From: an uncultured euryarchaeote
GTDB lineage: Archaea > Thermoplasmatota > Poseidoniia > Poseidoniales > Poseidoniaceae
Direction of reading: 5' to 3'
DNA length: 64,000 nucleotides
Assembly (NCBI GenBank): GCA_937899865.1
Contig: CALBRH010000044.1
Span: 32,001 to 96,000 of the forward strand
Below, in pieces: positions 19,344 to 28,455 of this stretch (positions are counted from its first letter, which is position 1; every line of letters starts with the position of its first letter). The translations under genes and the position numbers were made by a program. Under the pieces are notes generated by a model. It did no database searches. It saw only the letters and a list, made by a program, of their open reading frames with translations, and was not told the DNA's origin.

Positions 19344-20839
19344 GCCGTTTGTTTGATTTTGCTGGCGGCACAGGGATGGGTTATTCTCAGCCAGAACCAT
19401 TACTTCCTAAGACAAGTATTGCTTTGCCACCCTCGCTTTCAAGAAAAGAATTACCAAGATGGCCACGATTATCTGAACCAGAAATGGTTAGGCACTACAC
19501 TTGGCTTTCAAGGAGAAATTTTGGTATTGATACGGGATTCTATCCACTTGGTTCGTGTACTATGAAACACAATCCTAGAGTGAATGAAGTAATAGCTCAG
19601 TTGCCTGGTATTGCCGATATACACCCACACCAACCAGAACATCACCTACAAGGTCTGTTATCGATTTTCCATGAGATGCAACATATGCTTGCTGTTTGCT
19701 CCGGTATGGATGCGGTTACCCTTCAGCCAGTTGCTGGCGCTCAAGGGGAATTTACTGCAGTACGTTGTGTTCAAGAATACTTCCGTAGTAGAGGAGAGAC
19801 ACAGAGAACCAAGGTGATTGTTCCAGATTCAGCTCATGGTACTAATCCTGCAAGTGCGGCAATGGCAGGATACGATATTATTGAAATTCCGAGTTTAGCA
19901 AATGGCCGTATTGATCTGGATGCTTTGAAAGCAGTAATTGATGATACTGTTGCACTGATGATGATTACCAATCCGAACACTCTTGGATTATTTGAAACCG
20001 ATATTCCAGAGGCTGCTGAAATAGTTCATGCTGCTGGTGGACAAATGTACTATGATGGTGCTAACTTTAATGCAATCTTAGGTCGTACATCACCCGGTTT
20101 GATGGGCTTTGATGCAGTTCATTTTAATCTGCATAAGACCTTCAGTCAACCTCATGGAGGTGGTGGTCCAGGTTCAGGTCCTATAGGAGTAAAGTCTCAT
20201 TTGGCTGAGTTCTTACCAAGTCCGATTGTTAAGAAACGCCCGATTTCATCAGGGGAAGAGCAATTTGCAGTAGATGATATGTGGTATTCATGGTATGTTC
20301 CTCGTAACACAATAGGTAAGGTACAACAATGGCACGGTAATGCAGGCGCAGTAGTTAGATGCTGGGCATATTACCGAAGGTATGGATACGGCTTGAAAGA
20401 TATGTCCGAACATGCTGTTCTCAATGCTAATTATTTGCGCCATGCATTACACAGGGAAGCAGAATTAGCTGGTGTATCTCACATGTTTGTTGACGGAGCA
20501 GATGCCAAGGTAGCAAAGCACGAATTCACACTATCGCTACAACCGGCTAAGGAATCGGTTGGTGTCTCTGCAATGGATGTTGCAAAGGGATTACTTGACA
20601 TGGGTTACATGGCACCAACCGTCTACTTCCCATTAGTTGTTCCTGAGTGCATGATGTTTGAACCAACTGAAACTGAAAGTCGAGATACATTAGACAAGTT
20701 TGCCAAAGACTTTGTTAAAGTTTTACAAATCGATGCTGAGACTTTACACGAAGCACCAATTACTACACCAGTTCGTAGAGTAGATGAAGTATATGCTGCA
20801 CGAAATTTGTGCTTGAAACATCCGTTTGATGAAGAGTAG
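19340..20839 (+). CDS. gcvPB: Glycine dehydrogenase subunit 2
   Basis: YPLGSCTMKHNP, QPVAGAQGE, SAHGTNPASA and HFNLHKTFSQPHGGGGPGSGP motifs; GTGA overlap with gcvPA. Confidence 0.96.
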   Translation: MSRLFDFAGGTGMGYSQPEPLLPKTSIALPPSLSRKELPRWPRLSEPEMVRHYTWLSRRNFGIDTGFYPLGSCTMKHNPRVNEVIAQLPGIADIHPHQPEHHLQGLLSIFHEMQHMLAVCSGMDAVTLQPVAGAQGEFTAVRCVQEYFRSRGETQRTKVIVPDSAHGTNPASAAMAGYDIIEIPSLANGRIDLDALKAVIDDTVALMMITNPNTLGLFETDIPEAAEIVHAAGGQMYYDGANFNAILGRTSPGLMGFDAVHFNLHKTFSQPHGGGGPGSGPIGVKSHLAEFLPSPIVKKRPISSGEEQFAVDDMWYSWYVPRNTIGKVQQWHGNAGAVVRCWAYYRRYGYGLKDMSEHAVLNANYLRHALHREAELAGVSHMFVDGADAKVAKHEFTLSLQPAKESVGVSAMDVAKGLLDMGYMAPTVYFPLVVPECMMFEPTETESRDTLDKFAKDFVKVLQIDAETLHEAPITTPVRRVDEVYAARNLCLKHPFDEE

Positions 20840-21513
20840 TGATTTTTATGACTAGGGCGCGTGACAAGAGCCCAGATCATTTTGGATGGGAGAAAATCGA
20901 ATTAAAACCAAATCCCGGTTCAGTGCTTTTACCACTATCTTGGGGTTTGCTACCATTGGTATTAACCGTAATTGTTTATTTTACTGAAACAGGATTGCAA
21001 TTTATCAATTTCCTCGGTGCGGGTGCAGTAATTTTGATGTTAGTTGGTGGTATTGGTGCTGTCAGCGCTCGCCAAGGAATTTTTAATTCACAAAAAGTAG
21101 GGCTTGGCTTTTTCTTTAGTTGCCTCTCTCTCTTTTCATGGCTGATGGTTGCTAACAACAACTTTCAAGTTGAGTGGGGGATAATTTCTTCATACCTTGC
21201 TTTTGCAATGATTTATCGTTCTCTTGATTTTATTTTCAAGGATTCAAATTTAATCTTCCAATTAAGTTGGGATGCAAAGTCTCGATTACCACTTGATGCT
21301 ATGACGGGATGGGATGTTAGAAGCCGTAAATTCGCTCAAAATACTATGGCACTGAAGCGATATGACAAGGATAGTTTTGCTCAAATTTATGGCACAAGAA
21401 CAAAGCAAGGATTGGCAATTCGCCTTGACATATTTGGAATTCCAATGGGTGAACGCTTTGATTTTAGACAATTAGGTTTGGATTTGGAACAATTTGTCTA
21501 TGAAGAGGAATAG
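20839..21513 (+). CDS. Hypothetical membrane protein with about 4 TMs and a soluble C-terminus
   Basis: 1-nt overlap with the gcvPB stop; hydrophobic N-terminal half. Confidence 0.65.
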   Translation: MIFMTRARDKSPDHFGWEKIELKPNPGSVLLPLSWGLLPLVLTVIVYFTETGLQFINFLGAGAVILMLVGGIGAVSARQGIFNSQKVGLGFFFSCLSLFSWLMVANNNFQVEWGIISSYLAFAMIYRSLDFIFKDSNLIFQLSWDAKSRLPLDAMTGWDVRSRKFAQNTMALKRYDKDSFAQIYGTRTKQGLAIRLDIFGIPMGERFDFRQLGLDLEQFVYEEE

Positions 21514-21548
21514 TCATCTTGAATAACCGACTGTTATGGCAGTACTTC

Positions 21549-22028
21549 ATGGAAGTAACTATACTGTTGGGGTCATCCTCAGATATGCCCGTTGCCGAAA
21601 AGTGCACTAAGATTTTGAAACAATTCGATGTAACCTATCAATTGCGTGTTGCAAGTGCCCATCGTTCACCTAAATTCGTTGAGCAAATCATCCATGATGC
21701 AGAAGAAGATGGATGTTTGGTTTTCATCGCTATGGCTGGTTTAGCAGCTGCTTTACCAGGTGCAGTAGCAGCACTGACTACCAAACCGGTAATCGGTGTA
21801 CCATGTGGTGGTAGAGTGCCATTTGATTCATTACTATCTATTGTTCAATTACCACCAGGTGTTCCTGCAGCAACTGTTGGTGTTGACCGTGGAGATAATG
21901 CTGGTTATTTGGCAGTTCAAATGCTTGCATTACAGAGTGAAAAGCATGCAGCAGCATTAAAGCAAAACAAACTCGATCAAATTGAGAGAGTTAAGTCCCA
22001 AGACCGTGAGGTTAACGGGGGCGCTTGA
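21549..22028 (+). CDS. purE: PurE (AIR carboxylase/N5-CAIR mutase family)
   Basis: LGSSSD, VASAHRSP, AGLAAALPG, PVIGVP and SIVQLPPGVPAATV motifs; start at ATG 21549. Confidence 0.95.
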   Translation: MEVTILLGSSSDMPVAEKCTKILKQFDVTYQLRVASAHRSPKFVEQIIHDAEEDGCLVFIAMAGLAAALPGAVAALTTKPVIGVPCGGRVPFDSLLSIVQLPPGVPAATVGVDRGDNAGYLAVQMLALQSEKHAAALKQNKLDQIERVKSQDREVNGGA

Positions 22029-22029
22029 A

Positions 22030-22980
22030 ATGTTTGACGTCGATGAATTCGTTCAGGAATCCATCGAGTCATTACAAAACACAATTGATGATGTAGCAAT
22101 TATTGCCTGTTCAGGCGGTGTTGATTCAACCGTTGCCGCAGTTATAGCTAACCAAGCGGTTGGTGATTTACTCCATTGCGTCTATGTTGATACAGGTTTT
22201 ATGCGCAAGGGTGAGACCGAACAAATAGAAGCTTTACTGGCAGACCAAGGAATCAAGAATTTGGTTACAGTAAAGGCAGCAGACCGCTATTTTGAAGCAT
22301 TGAAAGGCGTAACTGAGCCAGAACAAAAGCGCAAAGTTATCGGAGAATTATTCATACGAATTTTCGAAGATGAGCAAAAGAAATGTGGTGCTAAGTATTT
22401 GGTTCAAGGTACTATTGCTCCAGATTGGATTGAATCTGGTGGTGGTGTTCGTGACACAATCAAGTCGCATCACAATGTTGGAGGACTTCCTGAAGACATG
22501 ACTTTAGAGGTAGTTGAGCCACTCCGAGAACTCTACAAAGATGAGGTTAGAGAATTAGCCCGTCACTTAGACATTAATGTTGCAGAACGTCAACCATTCC
22601 CTGGTCCTGGATTAGCGGTTAGAACTCTAGGTGAATTAACACCTGAGCGTGTAGCAGTGGTGCGAGAATCGTGTGCAATTGTTGAAGAAGAATTGGAAGC
22701 AGCAGCTGCTGAAGGTTTGATGGAATTACCTTGGCAATATTTCGCTGCTCTACTACCTGTTAGAAGCGTTGGAGTTCATGGTGATGTACGTGCTTATGGT
22801 GAAACAGTAGTAGTTCGTGCAGTGAAATCAATGGATGGGATGTCAGCAAGGTACTCTGAAATTCCGCATTCAGTACTGCAAAAAATAAGCACTCGAATAA
22901 CCAATACTGTCAAAGGTGCAGTTAATCGTGTAGTATACGATATTACTCACAAACCCCCTGGTACAATTGAGTGGGAATGA
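22030..22980 (+). CDS. guaAB: GMP synthase subunit B (ATP pyrophosphatase subunit)
   Basis: SGGVDS, LVQGTIAPDWIES, IKSHHNVGG, RQPFPGPGLAVR and YDITHKPPGTIEWE; no glutaminase domain; ATG 1 nt after the purE stop. Confidence 0.95.
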   Translation: MFDVDEFVQESIESLQNTIDDVAIIACSGGVDSTVAAVIANQAVGDLLHCVYVDTGFMRKGETEQIEALLADQGIKNLVTVKAADRYFEALKGVTEPEQKRKVIGELFIRIFEDEQKKCGAKYLVQGTIAPDWIESGGGVRDTIKSHHNVGGLPEDMTLEVVEPLRELYKDEVRELARHLDINVAERQPFPGPGLAVRTLGELTPERVAVVRESCAIVEEELEAAAAEGLMELPWQYFAALLPVRSVGVHGDVRAYGETVVVRAVKSMDGMSARYSEIPHSVLQKISTRITNTVKGAVNRVVYDITHKPPGTIEWE

Positions 22981-23072
22981 GTTAATTTTACTTTGCAGAT
23001 GTCAAAATTATCATGCTTTTTGTTAAATCAAAAAAGCAACATATCAAAAAGGGATATGTGTCATTTCAAATT

Positions 23073-25658
23073 ATGCCAGCCAAACGTAAGAGTGTGTTAA
23101 TTTTAAGCATCTTACTTTTTTCATTAATTTCTAATGTACAAGCATCAAATGATTTTGATACTGTTCCACAGTTTGGAACTGGATTTGAGGAGGTTGTAAT
23201 TGCAGATAGTTCTGATGATTTATTTGACCCTAGAGATTTAGAATTTCATCCAGGTAGAGCCAATGAATTATGGATTGCAAACCGTGGCGATGATAGTATC
23301 ACTATTGTTCATAATACTGGGTTAGATGATCAATACTCTGAAAACCGCCAAGACTCTAATCACAATCATTTCCTCGAAGAAGTTAGTGCGATTGCATTTG
23401 GAGCATACCATCCTGAATTTGATTGGCAATGGGGTTCTGCTCAAGAAACTCAAAATACTTACTGTGGAGCTTTAGAAACTCCCAATCTATTCATGGGTCC
23501 AACACTTTGGCCATCCTCACTTGACCATTATGCAGTAGAAAATCAGAATAATGGAAATGGATTATTAGGTAGTCACATAGATATGAATCATCAATCCCCT
23601 GATGGGATGGGTATTGCTCATGATAATGGTAATGCTTATTGGTACTTTGATGGATATTATGGTGAATTGGTTTACTATGATTTTCAAGTTGACCACGATA
23701 CTGGACAAGACGATCATTCAGATGGTATTGTGCACCGATATTCAGATGTTAAATTAACTAGGGATGCTGGTATACCAGGGCATATGATTCTTGATAAGGA
23801 CTCTGGGATACTATACATCGCAGATACCGGTGCAAGTCGTGTTCTTTGGGTAAATACTGATTCTTCTGTCAATACGATAGACATAATGGATGATCCATCG
23901 AGAATGGAACCACTTGCAGAATACAAGCGAAAAACCGGAGTAGAATGGGGTGTAATTGATACCGGACTAAATCGTCCATCTGGTATTGCTCTAGAGGGAG
24001 GAATGCTATTTGTCTCAGAAAATGGCAATGGGCAAATTACAGCTTACGACCTTGCTGATGATGGCAAAAGTGCCACAATTGCAGATACGATTCAAACCAG
24101 TGCAGTTTTCATAATGGGATTGGAAATTGGTCCGGATGGGCACTTGTATTACGTTGACAATGGTCAAAATCAAGTTGTACGAATCGACCCATATTTCGAC
24201 AGTGATGCAGATGGCGTTTATGATGAAGATGATAACTGTCCTACAAATTATAATCCTGACCAAGCAAATTATGATGGTGATAATCTTGGTGATATATGTG
24301 ATGAAGATGACGATAATGATTTGATTCTAGACGAAAACGATGTTTGTCCTATGGGCGAAACTGGTTGGATTTCTCGCTCACTTACTGATTTTGATGGAGA
24401 CGGATGTCGTGATGAAAGTGAAGATTTAGACGATGATGATGATGCTATTTGTGACTCAGATGTTGTTGATTTAAGTTGCCAAATATCCTCTATGTCAAGT
24501 GATTTATGCCCAGCATCATCGATAGATTTCACCTCTAATCTACAAACGGATAATGACGCTGATGGATGTGAGGACACTACCGAAGATGATGATGATGACA
24601 ATGATGGTTATTCAGACGATGTTGATGATTGTCAATTTGAAATAGGTACTAGCTCAAACGGTCTAAAAGGGTGTATAGATACTGATTATGATGGTTATGC
24701 TGATAGTATCGATGTATTTCCATCTGATATTAGTCAGTGGTTAGATACTGATGGTGATGGTTATGGTGATGAGAAAAGTGGCACACAGGGTGATTTCTGT
24801 CCGACAATTTTTGGCACTTCTACAAGTGACCGATTAGGATGTATTGATAGTGATGGAGATAGCTGGTCGGACCCAGATGAATCTTGGACTGTAAATTTTG
24901 GAGGAGATGCTTTCCCTGATGAGCAATCACAACATTTCGATAGCGATGGCGATGGTTTTGGTAATAATCCAGATGGCTATCAACCTGATTCCTGTCCAAA
25001 CGTGTTTGGAACTTCCTTCGTAGATCGGTTCGGCTGTATAGATACTGATGGCGATGGATGGTCAGATGCCGTTGATGTATTCAATGATGATAATACTCAG
25101 TGGGCAGATTCTGATGGTGATGGTTATGGTGACGCTTTAGATGGTAATTTACCAGATTCTTGTCCTGAAATATTTGGCAACTCAACCATAGAACGTTATG
25201 GATGTCTTGATTCTGATGGTGATGGCTTAGATGATGAATTAGATGCTTTTCCATTTGATTCTACCGAGACAATCGATAGTGATGGCGATGGAGTAGGTGA
25301 CAATCTTGATGCTTATCCACTAGATTCTACTAAAACAGTGGTTGAATCAACAGATGATGAGTCAAGTGAAATAATCAATATTGCAATTATAGGTGGAACT
25401 ATTCTTGCCTTAATCATTGTAATCGGTTTGTATGCGAGAAGAAGAAAATCAAATATTGCTATACATCAAAAGAATCAAACCATTATGATGGAACCAATCT
25501 TTGGCCTAGAACCTGTAGTGATACAGCAGCAAAATGTAATCCCGCAAGCACAACCTCCAATGCCTCAATCACCACCTCTGCCACCAGAGGGATTGCCTCC
25601 TGGTTGGACCATGGAGCAATGGAATTGGTATGGTGAAGATTATTTACGCAACCAATGA
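23073..25658 (+). CDS. Surface protein: signal peptide, His-rich beta-propeller, thrombospondin type 3-like Ca-binding repeats, TM and Pro/Trp-rich tail
   Basis: Signal MPAKRKSVLILSILLF; NHL-like blades (PRDLEF, PDGMGIA, PSGIAL, MGLEIGPDG); many DxDxDG and D-x-CP repeats; TM; tail PPEGLPPGWTMEQWNWY. Confidence 0.85.
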   Translation: MPAKRKSVLILSILLFSLISNVQASNDFDTVPQFGTGFEEVVIADSSDDLFDPRDLEFHPGRANELWIANRGDDSITIVHNTGLDDQYSENRQDSNHNHFLEEVSAIAFGAYHPEFDWQWGSAQETQNTYCGALETPNLFMGPTLWPSSLDHYAVENQNNGNGLLGSHIDMNHQSPDGMGIAHDNGNAYWYFDGYYGELVYYDFQVDHDTGQDDHSDGIVHRYSDVKLTRDAGIPGHMILDKDSGILYIADTGASRVLWVNTDSSVNTIDIMDDPSRMEPLAEYKRKTGVEWGVIDTGLNRPSGIALEGGMLFVSENGNGQITAYDLADDGKSATIADTIQTSAVFIMGLEIGPDGHLYYVDNGQNQVVRIDPYFDSDADGVYDEDDNCPTNYNPDQANYDGDNLGDICDEDDDNDLILDENDVCPMGETGWISRSLTDFDGDGCRDESEDLDDDDDAICDSDVVDLSCQISSMSSDLCPASSIDFTSNLQTDNDADGCEDTTEDDDDDNDGYSDDVDDCQFEIGTSSNGLKGCIDTDYDGYADSIDVFPSDISQWLDTDGDGYGDEKSGTQGDFCPTIFGTSTSDRLGCIDSDGDSWSDPDESWTVNFGGDAFPDEQSQHFDSDGDGFGNNPDGYQPDSCPNVFGTSFVDRFGCIDTDGDGWSDAVDVFNDDNTQWADSDGDGYGDALDGNLPDSCPEIFGNSTIERYGCLDSDGDGLDDELDAFPFDSTETIDSDGDGVGDNLDAYPLDSTKTVVESTDDESSEIINIAIIGGTILALIIVIGLYARRRKSNIAIHQKNQTIMMEPIFGLEPVVIQQQNVIPQAQPPMPQSPPLPPEGLPPGWTMEQWNWYGEDYLRNQ
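24198..25329 (+). repeat. Coding tandem TSP3-like repeats
   Basis: About four copies of D-x-CP-x3-GTS/NS-x2-DR-x-GC-x-D-x-DGDG-x-x-D-x-x-D-x-FP, plus shorter DxDxDG units. Confidence 0.8.
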
Positions 25659-25776
25659 TTAATCTACAACTTACTACTAAGCGTAACTAATGGATTGCAA
25701 TATGCGTACAAGAGATTGCAATAAGCGTAGGAGATCTTGGAATTTTCTTATTCTTATTCAAGATGGTAGCATTGCA

Positions 25777-25965
25777 ATGATTATGTCAGCACTTATCTCT
25801 CTATTATTCGGTGTTAATACAATATTGAATTTTATTTTAGTATTCGCTCTTTCTTTCATGACAGTAAGAATGTATCATAGAGTCATTGGTACCTTCTTTA
25901 CTGAATTAGTTAACAATGGATTCCTTAGAAAGTATTTGTTTGGCCAAAATAATGCTAAGCGTTAG
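25777..25965 (+). CDS. Possible small membrane protein (62 aa)
   Basis: MIMSALISLLFGVNTILNFILVFALSFM hydrophobic stretch in a very AT-rich region. The upstream part of the track ORF looks like repeats rather than coding sequence. Confidence 0.35.
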   Translation: MIMSALISLLFGVNTILNFILVFALSFMTVRMYHRVIGTFFTELVNNGFLRKYLFGQNNAKR

Positions 25966-25977
25966 AGCATTGAAATT

Positions 25978-26053
25978 TGGCGCCGATTATGGGTTTCGAA
26001 CCCATGACCTTGGGATTAACAGTCCCACGCTCCACCAGCTAAGCTAAATCGGC
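25978..26053 (-). tRNA. tRNA-Asn(GTT) with encoded CCA
   Basis: Reverse complement GCCGATT...TGGGA-CTGTTAA-TCCCA...ATGGG-TTCGAAA-CCCAT-AATCGGC-G-CCA, 76 nt. Confidence 0.96.
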
Positions 26054-26101
26054 AAAGTTGGCGAACTACCTCTCCTTTATGAGCAATTCGGAAACCTTAC
26101 T

Positions 26102-27424
26102 TTACTCAATAATGGAAATTAGACGATTTTTATGCACAAATGGTTGTGCTGAGGTACTAAGTGAGTTAGTTAATTTATTCAAATCATCTTCAGTCAATGA
26201 CTCATTATGATGAAATTTCAACCATACATCTCCACTATTGATCTGATTTCCTCGCTCAAAACAAATCTCAAAACCTATTTCTGCAATAATCTCATCCTCA
26301 ATTGAAAATCTTCCAGCGCCATGCTTTCGAGCAATATCAGCGAGCATCATCGAATCAATTTCACAAATATACCCGGTATCTTGTGCTTTAATTTCAGTAA
26401 TGTGGGCACTTTGAGTCAAGACATCCTGTGGATTCTCACATAATTTTTGTGCAGTAATTTGGTCAACTCCTTGCTGGATACACATATGTTTGAATTTCTC
26501 AAGAGCCATGCCATTATCAATGACTTGAGAAATTATTTTTTCAGCTTGAACGTGTGATTCTGCCTTACCGGTTCTGGTCAAAAGTTCAGCACATTGTAGA
26601 ATTACAATGTCAAGAGTATCTTTCGAGCCTTTACCTTGCAGTACCATTACACTACCAAGAACTTCTAAACTATTACCAACATATTGTCCGATGGGATAAT
26701 CCATTTGAGTAATCTGAGCAACAGTATTGATTCCAAGACCTTTAGCAGCACCAACCATTGATTCGGCTAGGCCAGTGGCATCTTCCAACGTTTGCATGAA
26801 TGCTGCTTTACCACATTTGACATCAAGGACAAGAGTACCTAAGCCTTCAGCGGCTTTTTTAGAAATTATTGATGCTGTAATAAGCGGTATGCTGTCAATA
26901 GTATCGGTTACATCTCTTATCGCATATAGTAAACCATCAGCAGGAGCAATAGCATCATTTTGTGCGGCAATGCAACAACCTATTGCTTCAACTTGAGTCT
27001 TCATTTGTAGTGGATTTAGTGAGCAATTAAATCCTGGAATAGCCTCTAACTTGTCAATAGTTCCTCCAGTATGCCCTAATCCTCGGCCTGCAAGCATTGG
27101 GACCTTTAGGCCACATGCTGCTAAAATCGGTGCTAACATTAACGACATTTTGTCACCAACTCCACCTGTACTGTGTTTATCAACAACCAGTGCATTATCA
27201 CTCCAATCAATGACTGCGCCAGATAGCATCATACCTTTGGTAAGTTGTGTGGTTTCAGCTACAGAAATACCATTTGAATGGACTGCTTTCAACCATCTCT
27301 CTACTAACTTTATGTCTATACTTCGTTGTGCAACTGCCTGAATAAAATTATCCAATATGGCGCTATCCATTGGATTTGAAGACTGAACTTGTTGTATCAA
27401 CAATTCAACATCGTCAGACTTCAT
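26102..27424 (-). CDS. deoA: Thymidine/pyrimidine-nucleoside phosphorylase, bacterial type
   Basis: VDKHSTGGVGDK, GRGLGHTGGTIDKLE, APADGLLYAIRDVT, SIISKKAAEG and LDVKCGKAAFM motifs; lacks the N-terminal domain of archaeal AMP phosphorylase. Confidence 0.9.
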   Translation of the reverse strand: MKSDDVELLIQQVQSSNPMDSAILDNFIQAVAQRSIDIKLVERWLKAVHSNGISVAETTQLTKGMMLSGAVIDWSDNALVVDKHSTGGVGDKMSLMLAPILAACGLKVPMLAGRGLGHTGGTIDKLEAIPGFNCSLNPLQMKTQVEAIGCCIAAQNDAIAPADGLLYAIRDVTDTIDSIPLITASIISKKAAEGLGTLVLDVKCGKAAFMQTLEDATGLAESMVGAAKGLGINTVAQITQMDYPIGQYVGNSLEVLGSVMVLQGKGSKDTLDIVILQCAELLTRTGKAESHVQAEKIISQVIDNGMALEKFKHMCIQQGVDQITAQKLCENPQDVLTQSAHITEIKAQDTGYICEIDSMMLADIARKHGAGRFSIEDEIIAEIGFEICFERGNQINSGDVWLKFHHNESLTEDDLNKLTNSLSTSAQPFVHKNRLISIIE

Positions 27425-27433
27425 ACTATCAGC

Positions 27434-28408
27434 CTAATCTTCTGCTAACCCAATCTCAACTAATCTTTGATGGAGATAATCTCCAGCACTAATCGATTGA
27501 TAGTCTGCAGTACCACTAGTCATTGCAATGAATTCTGGTCTTGGGGTTAGGTCGATTGTATTTCTTGGATGGACAAACATTGGCATAGAGAATCTGCGTG
27601 CTGATTTTGATGCAGGATTCACTACACGATGAGTAGTTGATTTGAATAAGCCATTGGTTAGGTTTTGTATCATGTCGCCAGAATCAACAATGATGTAACG
27701 CTCATCACCTTCGACTTTTATCCATGTCCCATCATGGTCCATAACTTCCAAGCCATCGGCGGTTGCTGTAACAAGCAATGTGATGAAATTAATATCTTCG
27801 TGGGCTGCTGAGCGAACAGCACCTTCAGGTACATCATCGCCAAGTGGTGGATAATGGATGATTCTCATGATGGTATTACCATCATTGGTCATCTCAACCA
27901 ACCAGTCGCTATCTTTGCCTAAGTATATGCTACATGCAGATAACAAATCACTGGATAAAGTTTCCATCCTATTGTACAGATCATCAATAACTTGCCGAAA
28001 TTGTGGTACAGATTTGTCTGGCCAAACATTGGTAGGATATGAGGGGGTCTCCCCCTCCTTGTGAGTTCTTCCAGTTTGCCAAAATTCTTTCAAATCAGGA
28101 GCAGGGTTATCTTTGGCATGTTCAACTCCAAAAGCGGTATAACCTCTTTGATGAGCGATTTCACGATGAGCATAATTCATTTTTTCACTGGCATCGAGGC
28201 CAAAAAACTCGTCAGCTTTATCGTATGATTGTTGAATCAATTCAATTGGTATGCCATGATTTTTCAAGGCAAAAAAACCGATGTCTTTGAGTGAGTCACC
28301 AACTTCTTCGATGAATTTATGCTTACGTGTTTCATCACCTGAAACATAGTCTGCGAAATCAATCACTGGAATACTTCGACTCATGTTATCAAGGCTTGCT
28401 ATGGCCAA
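27434..28408 (-). CDS. 2-oxoglutarate/Fe(II) dioxygenase, IPNS/DIOX_N family
   Basis: IPVIDF, GFFALKNHGI, AHED (HxD), THRV (distal His) and RFS (RxS) motifs. Confidence 0.9.
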   Translation of the reverse strand: MAIASLDNMSRSIPVIDFADYVSGDETRKHKFIEEVGDSLKDIGFFALKNHGIPIELIQQSYDKADEFFGLDASEKMNYAHREIAHQRGYTAFGVEHAKDNPAPDLKEFWQTGRTHKEGETPSYPTNVWPDKSVPQFRQVIDDLYNRMETLSSDLLSACSIYLGKDSDWLVEMTNDGNTIMRIIHYPPLGDDVPEGAVRSAAHEDINFITLLVTATADGLEVMDHDGTWIKVEGDERYIIVDSGDMIQNLTNGLFKSTTHRVVNPASKSARRFSMPMFVHPRNTIDLTPRPEFIAMTSGTADYQSISAGDYLHQRLVEIGLAED

Positions 28409-28455
28409 TAGCGTATCAAGTCTATGCTTAACTGGTAAGAAAAATGGCGTTTTTC

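Noticed and set aside
24198-25329. Periodic GATGGTGATGG-like DNA repeats
   Set aside because: Fully explained by coding DxDGDG TSP3-like repeats.
25693-25729. Direct repeats as a mini-CRISPR
   Set aside because: Only two 16-nt copies with a 5-nt spacer and no cas genes.
26102-27424. Archaeal AMP phosphorylase (pentose bisphosphate pathway)
   Set aside because: It has the bacterial TP/PyNP HSTGGVGDK motif, lacks the AMPpase N-terminal domain, and no R15P isomerase or RuBisCO is nearby.
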